Below are positions 1 through 9,321 of a stretch of DNA of 64,000 bases, piece after piece. The DNA is from an uncultured Chloroflexia bacterium (GTDB taxonomy: Bacteria > Chloroflexota > Anaerolineae > JAAYZQ01). Where the stretch lies: positions 221,527-285,526 of the forward strand of contig CAVPBH010000020.1 of assembly GCA_963701775.1 (NCBI GenBank). Direction: 5' to 3'. The translations under genes were made by a program, and so were the position numbers. The notes beneath the pieces are model-generated. The model saw nothing but the letters and a program-made list of their open reading frames with translations. It had not been told where the DNA came from and made no database searches. Every line of letters starts with the position of its first letter. Position 1 is the stretch's first letter.

Positions 1-305
1 TCCTGCGCTTCTACGCGGGCGAGCCCGGCTCCCAGGTGTGGAAGGACTGGGCGCTGCCGGCCGTTGCCTCCGTAGCCGCGGCCGGCACAACGAACGACCC
101 GATCGACGGCGTCTGGCTCAAAGAGCTGGACTATCTCGTGCCGCGCGCCTACGTCTTTACGCCCTACTGGGGCCAGACCGCCAACCCAGCCCTGGCCAAG
201 GCGCTGGAGACGGTCCTGATCGACCCGGCGGCGGACGTGGCGACGGTGATGCAGACGGCCGCCCAGGAGGCCCAGACGGCCCTGGACGAGCTACTCGCCA
301 AGTAA
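1..305 (+). CDS. ABC transporter substrate-binding protein, C-terminal fragment (gene starts upstream of window)
   Basis: Frame continues from window edge to TAA at 303-305. C-terminal sequence (...LKELDYLVPRAYVFTPYWGQTANPALAKALETVLIDPAADVATVMQTAAQEAQTALDELLAK) is typical of CUT1 solute-binding proteins. Two permease genes follow immediately. Confidence 0.6.
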   Translation, partial: LRFYAGEPGSQVWKDWALPAVASVAAAGTTNDPIDGVWLKELDYLVPRAYVFTPYWGQTANPALAKALETVLIDPAADVATVMQTAAQEAQTALDELLAK

Positions 306-333
306 CACCAAAGCGTCGAGGGGGCTGTCCAGT

Positions 334-1300
334 TTGGACAGCCCCCTCAATCAGGAAGGGCATGGCATGGCAGCCAAGCCGCACGCACTTCGGTCTCCCC
401 GGCGGCGCGCGGGAGGCTTTGCCCGGCGCGAGACGATCACCTTCTATCTCCTGATCGCCCCCTGGTTGCTGGGGTTCCTGCTCTTTGTCCTCGGCCCGAT
501 GCTGGCCTCACTCGGCATCAGCCTCACCCGGTGGGACCTGCTCAGCCCGGCCAAGTTCATCGGCCTGGACAACTACGAAAAGCTCTTCACACGCGACCCG
601 CTCTTCTGGCAATCTCTGAAGGTTACTGCCGTCTACACCGCAGTGTACGTGCCCATCGAGCTGGCCGGCGGACTGGTCCTGGCGATGCTCGATGAACCAG
701 AAGATCCGGGGCGTGAGCGTCTTCCGCACCATCTACTACCTGCCCTCGGTGCTGCCGGCCGTCGCCTTCATCGTCGTCTGGATGTGGATTCTCCATCCCG
801 ACGTGGGCCTGATCAACACCCTCCTCTCCTATGTCGGCATCGACGGACCGCGCTGGCTGGCAAATCCCCACTGGTCTCTGCCGGCCTTGTTGATGATGAG
901 CCTGTGGGGCCTGGGCCGCGGGATGGTCATCTACCTGGCGAGCCTGCAGGGCATCCCCAAACACCTCTACGAGGCGGCCGCCATCGACGGCGCCACTGGC
1001 TGGCAATCCTTCCGCAAGATCACCCTGCCCTTACTCACCCCCACGATCTTTTTCAACCTGGTGCTGAGCATCATCAGTACGTTCCAGACCTTCACCGGCG
1101 CCTTCGTGGCCACCAACGGCGGCCCGCTTGACTCCACCCTCTTCTACGTCCTCTACCTCTACCGCCAAGCGTTCCAGTTCTTTAACATGGGCTACGCCTC
1201 GGCCCTGGCGTGGGTTCTCTTTGTCATTATCCTGGTGCTGACCCTGGTCATCGTCCGCACGTCCGACCGGTGGGTTTACTACGAGGGGGAGAGAGGATGA
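334..1300 (+). CDS. ABC transporter permease (MalF/UgpA-like, CUT1 family) with an apparent frameshift near 690-700
   Basis: N-terminal part is in the frame of ORF 334..1131 (TM helix ITFYLLIAPWLLGFLLFVLGPML). The rest is in the frame of ORF 692..1300 (NQKIRGVSVFRTIYYLP...EAAAIDGA permease signature). A 1-bp indel is needed to join them. Confidence 0.75.
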
Positions 1301-2223
1301 GCCACCCCGCACGCCGCGTCACCTCCGCCGCCGGGCGGACGGGCACGAGGCCCTATGCTACGGGTGGGACGAGCAAGCGCCAGCGATCCCAGGCGATCCA
1401 AAGCCGCGTTCGCTCTACCCTGGGGGTCCTGGCCGCTCTGGTCGTCGCCATCCTCTTCCTGCTGCCCCTCTTCTGGATGATCTCCTCGTCGCTCAAGCCC
1501 GAATACCAGGTGCTCGAGTCGCCACCCCGCTGGCTGCCGCACCCCGTGGTCTGGTCCAACTACCCCGAAGCCCTGACCTACGTGCCCTTCGGCCGCTATG
1601 CCCTCAACACCCTCTTCATCGCCGTCATGGTCATCCTGGGACATGTCCTTTCCTGCACGCTGGTGGCCTATGGTTTTGCCCGCTTCCGGGCGCCGGGCAA
1701 GAAGGCGCTTTTCTTGGTGCTGCTCGCGACCATGATGCTTCCCTACCCGGTGACCATGGTGCCGCTTTACATCCTATTCAGCCGGATAGGCTGGGTCAAT
1801 AGCTTCTGGCCCCTCATCGTTCCCGCCTTTTTCGGCAGCCCCTTCTACATCTTTCTCCTGCGCCAGTTCTTCCTGACCCTGCCCCCCGACCTGGAGGATG
1901 CTGCCCGCGTGGACGGAGCCAACACCCTGCAGACGATCTGGCACGTCATCCTGCCGGCCTCGCGCCCCGCGATGGCGACCGTCGCCATCTTTTCCTTCCA
2001 GGCGGTGTGGAACGACTTTCTTCCTCCCCTGATCTACCTGCACGACCAAACCAAGTACACCATCTCGCTCGGGCTCAGCTTCTTCCGGAGCACCTACGAC
2101 GTGCGCTGGGGCTACCTGATGGCCGCCTCGCTGGTGACGATGCTGCCCGTCGTCATCCTCTTCTTCATCGCGCAGCGGCTGTTCATCCAGGGAATCACAC
2201 TAACCGGGCTCAAAGAGGGATAA
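1297..2223 (+). CDS. ABC transporter permease (MalG/UgpE-like)
   Basis: ATG at 1297 overlaps the upstream stop (ATGA). Six-TM profile with permease signature (DLEDAARVDGANTLQTIWHVILPASRPAM). Intact to the TAA at 2221-2223. Confidence 0.85.
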   Translation: MSHPARRVTSAAGRTGTRPYATGGTSKRQRSQAIQSRVRSTLGVLAALVVAILFLLPLFWMISSSLKPEYQVLESPPRWLPHPVVWSNYPEALTYVPFGRYALNTLFIAVMVILGHVLSCTLVAYGFARFRAPGKKALFLVLLATMMLPYPVTMVPLYILFSRIGWVNSFWPLIVPAFFGSPFYIFLLRQFFLTLPPDLEDAARVDGANTLQTIWHVILPASRPAMATVAIFSFQAVWNDFLPPLIYLHDQTKYTISLGLSFFRSTYDVRWGYLMAASLVTMLPVVILFFIAQRLFIQGITLTGLKEG

Positions 2224-2460
2224 TACCCGGCATCGACGGTGCCGGCGTGCGGGAGCGGCTGCGCGCCATCCGGGCGCTGCTGCGGCGGCTCGGCGACGGC
2301 CCCCGGCACCCTCTCTCCCGAAGCTGAAGACACGACAGCCGCGGCCAGGACCGCCCGGCGGGAGTACCCGCCCGCCTCCGCACAGTGAGGCGCACTCCCT
2401 CGCCCGTCACCTTGAATCTGGCAGTGTTTCGGACCGGGATGCCGGCGCGACCTGACGTCC

Positions 2461-2489
2461 TTGCTCACATCGCCGCTACGTGGTAATAT
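2461..2489 (+). promoter_or_regulatory. candidate sigma70-type promoter TTGCTC-N17-TAATAT
   Basis: -35-like hexamer at 2461-2466 and -10-like hexamer at 2484-2489 with a 17-bp spacer. Lies about 115 bp upstream of the zinc-ribbon ORFs at 2605/2630. Confidence 0.3.
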
Positions 2490-2604
2490 GCCACTTGGGT
2501 GCTGCGCGATGCGCGGGCCGCGGCGACAGCCAGGCCACGCCAACCCACCAGCCGCCGTGAGCCAGAATCGGCAACGAAGGCGCTCGCTCGCACGGGCCTA
2601 CTCA

Positions 2605-3540
2605 TGATTTGTGATGTCTGCTCCCGTGAGTGCACCAAGATTACAAGACCAGGGCCAGCGGCCGCTGGAGCCTCAACCTCTGCGCCGCCTGCTACAATCG
2701 CCTCCTCAGCCGCAAGCTCGCGGCACGGCCCGCACCCGCCGAGCTACTCGAATCGGCCCGCGGAGCCGGCGGCACTCCCCTCGAGTGGCCCTTGTGCGAG
2801 TACTGCGGCGAAGACGTCAACCAGCTCGACCTCGGTTACTACACGCTCGCGGGCACGCAGCGCCGCTTCGGCTCTCGTCCGCTGCCGCAACAGCCAAAAA
2901 GGCCACGTTCACCAGCGCCGATGCGACTACCGCCAAGCTGCGCGAGCGCGCCTGCGAAGGACTCTGGACCGATCACCGCACGACTTCACAACGCCCGAAG
3001 AGCGCCGCCGGTACGGCCGGCTCGGGCAGCCGCCCGCGCAGCCCAAATCAAGGCCGAAATCCAGCAAGGCACCTGCCGACCAGTGGCAGGGTCGCCCGAA
3101 CGCACTCGAGCTTGTCCAGCCGCGTCGGCGCACCGTCGACCCCATCCTCCCGCTCTGCCAACAGGAAGCTCCACGCCGGGGCCCGCGTGTCCGACCTCAC
3201 CGGACCTGAGCGCGACGCTCTCAGGCCGCGTAAGCCTGCGACAACTACCGCCGCCGCATGTCCGATCCCCGCCAAGCGCGCAGAAAAGCGGGCCAAGGAA
3301 TCCGCGCGGCGCCTCACGCCCAGGCCCCATCAGCCCAATCTCATCCTCACCCAGGCGCGTGAAGCTGCCGGCTACACCCTGTCTGCGCTCGCCTCTGCCC
3401 TCGGGGTCCACCGTGAGACCGTCAGCCGCTGGGAGCGCCACTTCGTGCTTCCCCGCTCCCAGCCCCTGCGCCTGCGCGTCGCCCAGCTGCTGGGCTGCCG
3501 GCCCTGGACTGGCAGTCCGACGCTCGATCCAACTCCTCGG
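2605..3540 (+). other. disrupted or unresolved locus: N-terminal C4 zinc-ribbon segment and C-terminal XRE-type helix-turn-helix segment in different frames
   Basis: Zinc-ribbon segment MICDVCSRECTKI / LCAACYNRL...CEYCGEDVNQLDLGYYTLAGTQRRFG at 2605-2870. HTH_XRE-like segment ILTQAREAAGYTLSALASALGVHRETVSRWERHFVLPRS at about 3340-3480. All three frames between them translate to R/P/A-rich low complexity, so no single clean ORF connects the two. Confidence 0.3.
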
Positions 3541-3667
3541 CCCTGCCTGCTGCTCAATTGCCCCTTCCCAACCTCGGCCTCATTGCCCCAGTTGCATGCC
3601 GAGTCTCAGCCCAGCGGGCTGAGACACAACCCTCACCTTCTCCCGGAAGCCACGCTCGCACCCCGAT

Positions 3668-3720
3668 TTGACAGGCCCCTGTCGCTCCGGTATGATATCT
3701 CATGGTCAATATATAGACCA
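3668..3720 (+). promoter_or_regulatory. consensus sigma70 promoter TTGACA-N17-TATGAT with downstream inverted repeat TGGTC-N8-GACCA
   Basis: TTGACA at 3668-3673 and TATGAT at 3691-3696 (17-bp spacer). Palindrome TGGTCAATATATAGACCA at 3703-3720. The PadR start codon follows at 3753 after an AGAGAGGAG Shine-Dalgarno. Confidence 0.5.
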
Positions 3721-3752
3721 TACGCATACGACCGCAGAGAGGAGCGACAGGC

Positions 3753-4100
3753 ATGGATCTGGAAAGGGTCGAGTACTGGAAGTCCTTGATCAACATGAGC
3801 CTGAGCAAGTTTCTGATCCTGCAGACCTTGCACCAAGAACCCTGTCACGGATATGCCATTCTCGAGAGGTTGAAGCAGCTTTCGGGAGATTGCTGCACGC
3901 CCACCTACCGGAGGGATCTATCCCGTGCTGAAGCAGCTCATACAAGGGGGCTACGCCACGGCCAGGTCAGAGACCGAGCGAGGTCGAGGCACGAAGGGTC
4001 TACGAGCTGACCGAGAAGGGTATAAAGGCGCCTATCAGGCGGCCATCGGGGCGTGGCAGGACGTGGTGCCTCTTCTGGTCAAGATTGTGGCCGATTCCAG
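3753..4100 (+). pseudogene. PadR family transcriptional regulator, broken by at least 3 frameshifts
   Basis: N-terminal PadR motif in frame of 3753 (LSKFLILQTLHQEPCHGYAILERLKQLSG). The continuation PTGGIYPVLKQL, then EARRVYELTEKGIKA (the PadR RKYYRLTEKG motif), then AYQAAIGAWQDVVPLL each lie in a different frame. Confidence 0.6.
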
Positions 4101-4159
4101 AGCTATAAGAGCTGCGGGAGATACTATATGGGCGCGTCATTGCTGACGGACGGCGAAGT

Positions 4160-5050
4160 TCTTCGTCAAAGATCCTGGCGGAGCTGATCCCGCTATTCTT
4201 TGTCATCACCTTCCTGGCGGGCCTGATCCTCGAGTATGTATCGCCGGAAAAAGATCCGGAAGGTCCTGGGAGGCAAGAAGGGGCCTGGTGGCAGGTTGGC
4301 AGCCATCCTGCTCGGATTCGTCACCCCCTTCTGCTCCTGCTCGACGATTCCCATGCTGGCTGGGATGTTGGGGCGCGTGTGCCCATCGGCATCCTGACCA
4401 CCTTCCTCTTCGCCTCGCCCTACCCGGTGGAAATCGCAGTGGTCGTGCTTGCGCCTCTGTTCGGCATCCCCTTTGCCCTAGCCTTCTTTCTCGCGGGCGG
4501 CATCGTCGCCTACATCGGGGGGTGGTTGGTCGACCGGGCGCACTGGGAAGATCAGGTCAAGGAGATCGCCATCCCCGAGCTGTCCCTAGGAGACGCGGAC
4601 CTCGACGGGGTCGCCGCCATGCTCGAGGACGGCTTCTGGGCAAAGGTCAAGCGCGCCCTGCGGTACGCCGCCGGCTTCTTCAAGAAGGTGTTCGTGTACC
4701 TGGTCGTGGGCAGCGCATTTGGAGCGCTCATCTACGGCTTTCTGCCGGAGGACCTGGTCGTCGAAGTACGCCGGCGGGGCCAGCCTAGCTTGCCGTCCCC
4801 ATCGCCGCCCTGATCGGTACCCCGTTGTACCTCGAGCTCGGCGGCCGTCATCCCGATCGTCTACTCACTGTCACTCAAGGGGATGAGCAACGGCGCCATC
4901 ATCGCCTTCTTGATCACCGCGACGTCGATCAGCCCACCGGGAGCTCATCATGCTGGGCGCGATGTTCAAGCGCAAGTACATCGTCACCTTCGTCGTGGCC
5001 ATGATCATCGCGGCAATCGTCACCGGCTATACCGTCAGCCTCATACACTG
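4160..5050 (+). pseudogene. DUF318/YraQ-type permease often linked to ars operons (ArsP-like), multiple frameshifts
   Basis: Permease motifs are spread over three frames: ILAELIPLFFVITFLAGLILEYVSPEK, KIRKVLGGKKG.GGRLAAILLGFVTPFCSCSTIPMLAGMLG, VPIGILTTFLFASPYPVEIAVVVLAPLFGIPFALAFFLAGGIVAYIGG, and a C-terminal GMSNGAIIAFLITATSISPPELIMLGAMFKRKYIVTFVVAMIIAAIVTGY. At least 4 indels. Confidence 0.5.
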
Positions 5051-5074
5051 ATTCGGAGGGGAATGATGGAACAG

Positions 5075-5390
5075 AAAACAACGGAGATCATCCTGGTCTC
5101 GGGCGCGTGCTGCTCGCTGTCCCTGGCCGCCGTCGAGAAGGAGCTGGAGAAGCGCCTGCGCCAGGCCATCGAGCAATTGAGCCTCACTGCGGAAGTTCGG
5201 GGTCGTGTCGCTGAGCGGGGTATTGGCCAACAAGGCGGATGTAACCGCCGAGCAGTCACGCCTCCTTCAGGCCTTTTTCCAGAAGTACGGCGCGCGCTTC
5301 GCGCCTGCCGGCCTCGCAGGCACCCGCGTCCTCTTTGCCGGAAACTCACCCACGCCCGACAAACTTAAGGAGATCCTGCAGACCTTGTAG
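5075..5390 (+). CDS. small ArsD-like / thioredoxin-fold protein with vicinal cysteines (one apparent frameshift near 5210)
   Basis: MEQKTTEIILVSGACCSLSLAAVEKELEKRL has CC followed by an amphipathic helix, as in the ArsD N-terminus (MVFDPAMCCSTGVCG). The C-terminal part (VLFAGNSPTPDKLKEILQTL) continues in the frame of ORF 5205..5390. Placed between the permease and ACR3 genes. Confidence 0.35.
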
Positions 5391-5477
5391 CCGGCCACAG
5401 CGTGACGGGACAGGCCGGCCCGGCGACCTCTCAGCCGCCGGACCGGTCGCCCTACTTCCCACTGACCGCCCGTCCGC

Positions 5478-5871
5478 TTATTCGACAGCCGTCAGCCCTC
5501 GCTTCTCGAGCTCCTCGCTGATCATCTCGATCGAGATGCCGCCCGCGATCCTCGGCTGCCCATCGAAGGCGATGACCGGCAGGCTCACATTCATCATAAA
5601 CACCGCCCGGTGCGCCAGCGGAAACTCGTCCATGCGCGGCGAGAATACGTCGATGTACTCCACATCCGTGCCGTCGCCGTAGTAACGGGCCAGCCTGCGT
5701 TCCAGGTCCGCCGCCTGCTCCTCCATGGTCGGGGAGGCAACAGCCTCCACCGTTTCCTCGCCGTCCGGCCCACAACTTGGGCCGCAAGCCGAGCCTCAGC
5801 CGCACCCTGCGTCTCCAGAGCCGTCCCAAAAACCTGCACCCTTACTTTCACCTTCTCGCCCTCAGCCATGC
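5478..5871 (-). CDS. hypothetical small protein, possibly thioredoxin-fold/ArsD-like without Cys, one apparent frameshift
   Basis: AAAGGAG Shine-Dalgarno before ATG at 5869-5871 (MAEGEKVKVRVQVFG...). Continues after a shift near 5760 into ORF 5478..5750 (DVEYIDVFSPRMDEFPLAHRAVFMMNVSLPVIAFDGQPRIAGGISIEMISEELEKRGL), which loosely resembles the ArsD C-terminal half. Confidence 0.3.
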
Positions 5872-5959
5872 GGCTTGTCTGCTCCTTTTTGTAATTCGAA
5901 ATCGTGCATCCGCGACTCTCGCGACGCGTCAGGCTTCCTGGCCCGACTTTGCCTGCTCC

Positions 5960-6984
5960 TTTGCCGCCTGCGCCTGGCAAAGGCCGGCAGAATTGGTACC
6001 AAAGAGCTTCCACTCGGAATTTCTTGCCAGATAGACCAATCGTGAGCATCACCGGCACCTCCATCAACGGCCCGATGACCGTAAACGGCAACCATCGGAG
6101 CGCCCAAAGACCGTCACCGCCATGGCGATGGCCAACTCAAAGTTGCGGCCGGTGCAGTGAAAGGACGTCGTCGCCGAGTCGGCGTCGCAAAAGCCCATCT
6201 TGCGGCTGACCATCAGACGAAAAACAGCACGAAGAAGAAGAGACCAGCGGCATGGCCATCCGCCAGATCAAGCGGGATCTGCAGGATCACATCGCCCTTC
6301 AGGGCAAACATAACGACCAGCGTGAACAGCAGCGCGATGAGCTGCACATCTCCAGCCCCGGGAGCGCCTTGGTCTCGAACCACTCCCGCCCCTTCACTTC
6401 AGCATCAAGTCGGGACAGGACCCCGGCCACCAGGGGCAGCCCCAGGTACAGCAGCACGCTCTGCGCCATCACGCCGATGCCGACAGACCCCGCGCGCCCA
6501 GGGTCAGCCAGATAAAGAAACGCGTGGTCACCATCTGGATCAGACGTGTTCCAGGCCATCAGGCCGATCCCCAGCGGCCGTTGCCTCGCGCCAGATCGGT
6601 CCAGACCAGGACCATGGCGATGCAGGGGGCCACCCCCAACAGGACCAGGCCGGTCCATAGTCGGGATATCGCGCAGGAAAGATCCAGCCAAGAGGTACAG
6701 CAGGAAAGGATTGAAGGCATAGTTGAAAAAGACCACGACAGCCGCCAGCCTTCCAGTCACGGACGGCCTTGCCACCTTCCAACTTCAATTTGGTCATGGC
6801 CGGGTAGATCATCATAAACAGGCCGAGCGGGAATGCCCAGCTCCAGGGCCTTGCCGACCTGCGGCAAGATACTTGCCCAGCAGCAAGCCGACGGCCATCG
6901 CCAGAAAAATCCACACCGGCAAGAGCTTGCTGTCCAGGATAGAGACCTGGTTCTTTGCGGGCCGTTGTCCTCTTCGCTGCTCAT
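5960..6984 (-). pseudogene. arsB: ACR3-family arsenite efflux transporter, heavily frameshifted
   Basis: ACR3 motifs lie in three minus-strand frames: MSSEEDNG...ILPQVGKALELGIPARP; LFMMIYPAMTKLKLEGGKAVRDWKAGG; AAVVVFFNYAFNPFLLYLLAGSFLRD; and a C-terminal FTVIGPLMEVPVMLTIGL. Confidence 0.65.
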
Positions 6985-7051
6985 TCGTGGCTCCTTTGTG
7001 TCCGATTGGTGTTATGCCTCTTCTCCTAGTGCGCTGCCGAAGAGTCTCGCC

Positions 7052-7469
7052 CTACTCCTGCCGGAGAAGTTCCGGCACCCGCGCGGCAATCTCGTCGCGC
7101 ACGTCGCGAAACGCAACCATTATCTTTTCGTCAGTGATTTTGGTGTTGCCGGATCGGGGAAGCCAGGGGCTCCCGACTGCCCTTCCCCAGCCACACCGGG
7201 CAGTCTCGGCTGCGTTATCGCAGACGGTGACGACGACGTCGAAATCGATACCACGGAACTCGAGCGCGCTCTTGGTAGCGCCCCCGGGTGCTCGATGCCT
7301 AACTCTCGGCCAGGGCGCGCACGGCCATGGGATGGACGTAACCCGTCGGCTCGGTGCCGGCGCTGACTGCCTCCCACTCGTCGCCCAGGCGAGCATTTGA
7401 CGATCGCCTCGGCCATCTGCGACGGGCCGAGTTGCCTGTGCAAAGGAACAGGACTCTGCGTTTCACCAC
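7052..7469 (-). pseudogene. arsC: arsenate reductase, LMW-PTP (thioredoxin-coupled) type, at least 3 frameshifts
   Basis: KRRVLFLCTGNSAR then SQMAEAIVKCSPG, then EWEAVSAGTEPTGYVHPMAVRALAE, then DFDVVVTVCDNAAE...ITDEKIMVAFRDVRDEIAARVPELL. The segments are distributed over three frames of the minus strand. Confidence 0.65.
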
Positions 7470-7534
7470 TCTGAGCGCCTCTGTCAGCACACGTGGCGGC
7501 CGGCGCCACAGGCTGACTTCCGGTGCCAGCTTCG

Positions 7535-7849
7535 TCACGTCCAGCAAGGCGAGGTAGCGAGCGTTTGAGTCTCTCCCAGCCGCTCCGCAACGATGGAGTA
7601 GTAGACCCACTGCGCATCACGGCGGTTGCACACCAACCCGGCCTGTCGCAGCACGCCCAGGTGGTGAGATGCCAGCGGTTGGGGCAGGCCGAGCTGTTCG
7701 ATGATGTCGCAGACACACGTCTCCTGTTGGGTAAGCAACTTCAGAATGCGCAGCCGGTTCTCGTCGGCGATCACACGCAGCATGGCAGCGAGCTCCTCCA
7801 CGCTTTCCCCAGTCGTATCTGTGCTCATGGCCTCGTTTCGACTCCTCAC
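7535..7849 (-). CDS. arsR: ArsR/SmtB family metalloregulator
   Basis: Intact 104-aa ORF with the HTH and metal-binding ELCVCDL-like motif (AAMLRVIADENRLRILKLLTQQETCVCDIIEQLGLPQPLASHHLGVLRQAGLV). Sits directly upstream of the arsC/ACR3 remnants. Confidence 0.85.
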   Translation of the reverse strand: MRSRNEAMSTDTTGESVEELAAMLRVIADENRLRILKLLTQQETCVCDIIEQLGLPQPLASHHLGVLRQAGLVCNRRDAQWVYYSIVAERLGETQTLATSPCWT

Positions 7850-7984
7850 TAACTTCCAGTCGCCTGCCTATCAACGCAGGTTGATCACTATCTTTGTGTT
7901 GACGGTGCTGTCAAGTACGGGCCTGTTATTTGTTCTTTCGCTCTATCTCCACCTCTGATGTACGGCACGCCCATACGCCGGCCT

Positions 7985-9271
7985 TCAAGGGCACTGGATG
8001 ATCCCCCGCGCCCACAGGCAGTCCCCACACACGGGGAACTCGTTGCCAAAGCAGTCCTCTTCGTTCGTCTCGGCGTACTGGCAGCCGCCGCAGTCGGCGC
8101 AGGGCGAAAAGTCAAACTCGATCACCCGCTCCCGGAAACGGCGGAACTCCTCGTGCGCCCAGATGCTGCCGATCGGCTCTTCTTTGGCGTTGCCCACGCT
8201 GTAGCGGCGGATGGCTTTCTCTCGTCCCAGGACGTAGCAGGTGTACGAGTGCATCAGCGGGATGCAGGGGCTCACACTCCCGTCCCAGCAGACGGCAGCA
8301 GCTCCCTGCCGCACGAAACGGCAGTAGCCGGCGCCTTCCATCGGCCGCCCTTGAAGCGGATCGATCAACCCCCCGTGCCGCATCAGCCCTATGAGCGGTT
8401 CGAGCGTGTCGCGGCGCGCGTCTAGTCGGGGCAGCACCATCTCCGGAGACCAGGGCGAGCGCTGGCGGTGCGAGCTGGCGGTCGAAAGGCCGTACAGGAT
8501 GTCGTCCTTGTACTCGCTGCTGTACGGCAGAACGTTTGTCACCACCACAAAGCTTGCCCCCATGGTCAGAGCGAGCCGGCGCAGTCGCGGCAGCTCCGCC
8601 AGGTTGCGCTTGGTGGCAACGAACTCCAGGCCGATCTCAGGGTTGGCCCGCTTCAGCTCCCACTGCAAGTCGCGCAGGACGGCCACGTTCTCCTGGACCG
8701 TGCCCAGGTCGGCTCCAGGCCGGGCGCCCGCGTGCGCTTCGGGCGTCGCTCCATCCACGGAGAGCACCAGCGAATCGAGCCCGGCCTCGATCAGACCCTT
8801 CGCCTTCGGCGAGTCCAGGAGCAGCCCATTGCTGATCATCTCGGTGCGGGCGCCCAGCTCGTGCCCCAGCGCCACCATCTCGACTATGCCGGGGTGGAGA
8901 AGCGGCTCGCCAAGGCCCCAGAAGGCCATCGTGTGCAGCGAAGTGACACCCCGCAGACCCTCTACCAGCCGGTAGTACGTATCCATCGTCATCGTACCGA
9001 CGGGCTCGTTCCAGGTATTCCGCACGCAGGTGCCGCACTTCAGGTTGCAGGCCGAAGTGGGTTCCACATACACCTTGCGCAGCGGTGGGTCAGACGGCCG
9101 CATCATCAGCCCGTCCTCCGTCTCCTCGATCGATAGCTCCGCCGTGGGCGTCAGACCCCAGCGCTGGCGAACCGCGTTGGGTAGGTGCAGGTACCCCTTG
9201 TTGCCCACGCGCGCATGAAGGCCTTTCGCTTTGCCCGGAACTTGGCGCATTCTCTTCCTTCTCTCGTTCAC
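7985..9271 (-). CDS. radical SAM/SPASM-domain enzyme with N-terminal SpoVT/AbrB-like domain; candidate tungsten-cofactor oxidoreductase maturase (Cmo-like)
   Basis: Intact 428 aa. N-terminal swapped-hairpin-like segment (KGYLHLPNAVRQRWGLTPTAELSIEETEDGLMMRP). Radical SAM CxxxCxxC (TSACNLKCGTCVRN). Cys-rich C-terminal SPASM region (CRFVRQ...CWDGSVSPC...CADCGGCQYA...CGDC). Two AOR genes lie 10-14 kb away on the same strand. Confidence 0.75.
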   Translation of the reverse strand: MNERRKRMRQVPGKAKGLHARVGNKGYLHLPNAVRQRWGLTPTAELSIEETEDGLMMRPSDPPLRKVYVEPTSACNLKCGTCVRNTWNEPVGTMTMDTYYRLVEGLRGVTSLHTMAFWGLGEPLLHPGIVEMVALGHELGARTEMISNGLLLDSPKAKGLIEAGLDSLVLSVDGATPEAHAGARPGADLGTVQENVAVLRDLQWELKRANPEIGLEFVATKRNLAELPRLRRLALTMGASFVVVTNVLPYSSEYKDDILYGLSTASSHRQRSPWSPEMVLPRLDARRDTLEPLIGLMRHGGLIDPLQGRPMEGAGYCRFVRQGAAAVCWDGSVSPCIPLMHSYTCYVLGREKAIRRYSVGNAKEEPIGSIWAHEEFRRFRERVIEFDFSPCADCGGCQYAETNEEDCFGNEFPVCGDCLWARGIIQCP

Positions 9272-9321
9272 CCCCCACGATCCACGCGGGTGAATAGACC
9301 ATCGGCTGCAGGGGGGAGCGC

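Noticed and set aside
8468-9136. 222-aa plus-strand ORF and neighbours inside the radical SAM gene
   Set aside because: The minus-strand radical SAM/SPASM ORF is intact and motif-rich; the plus-strand ORFs are GC-frame artefacts.
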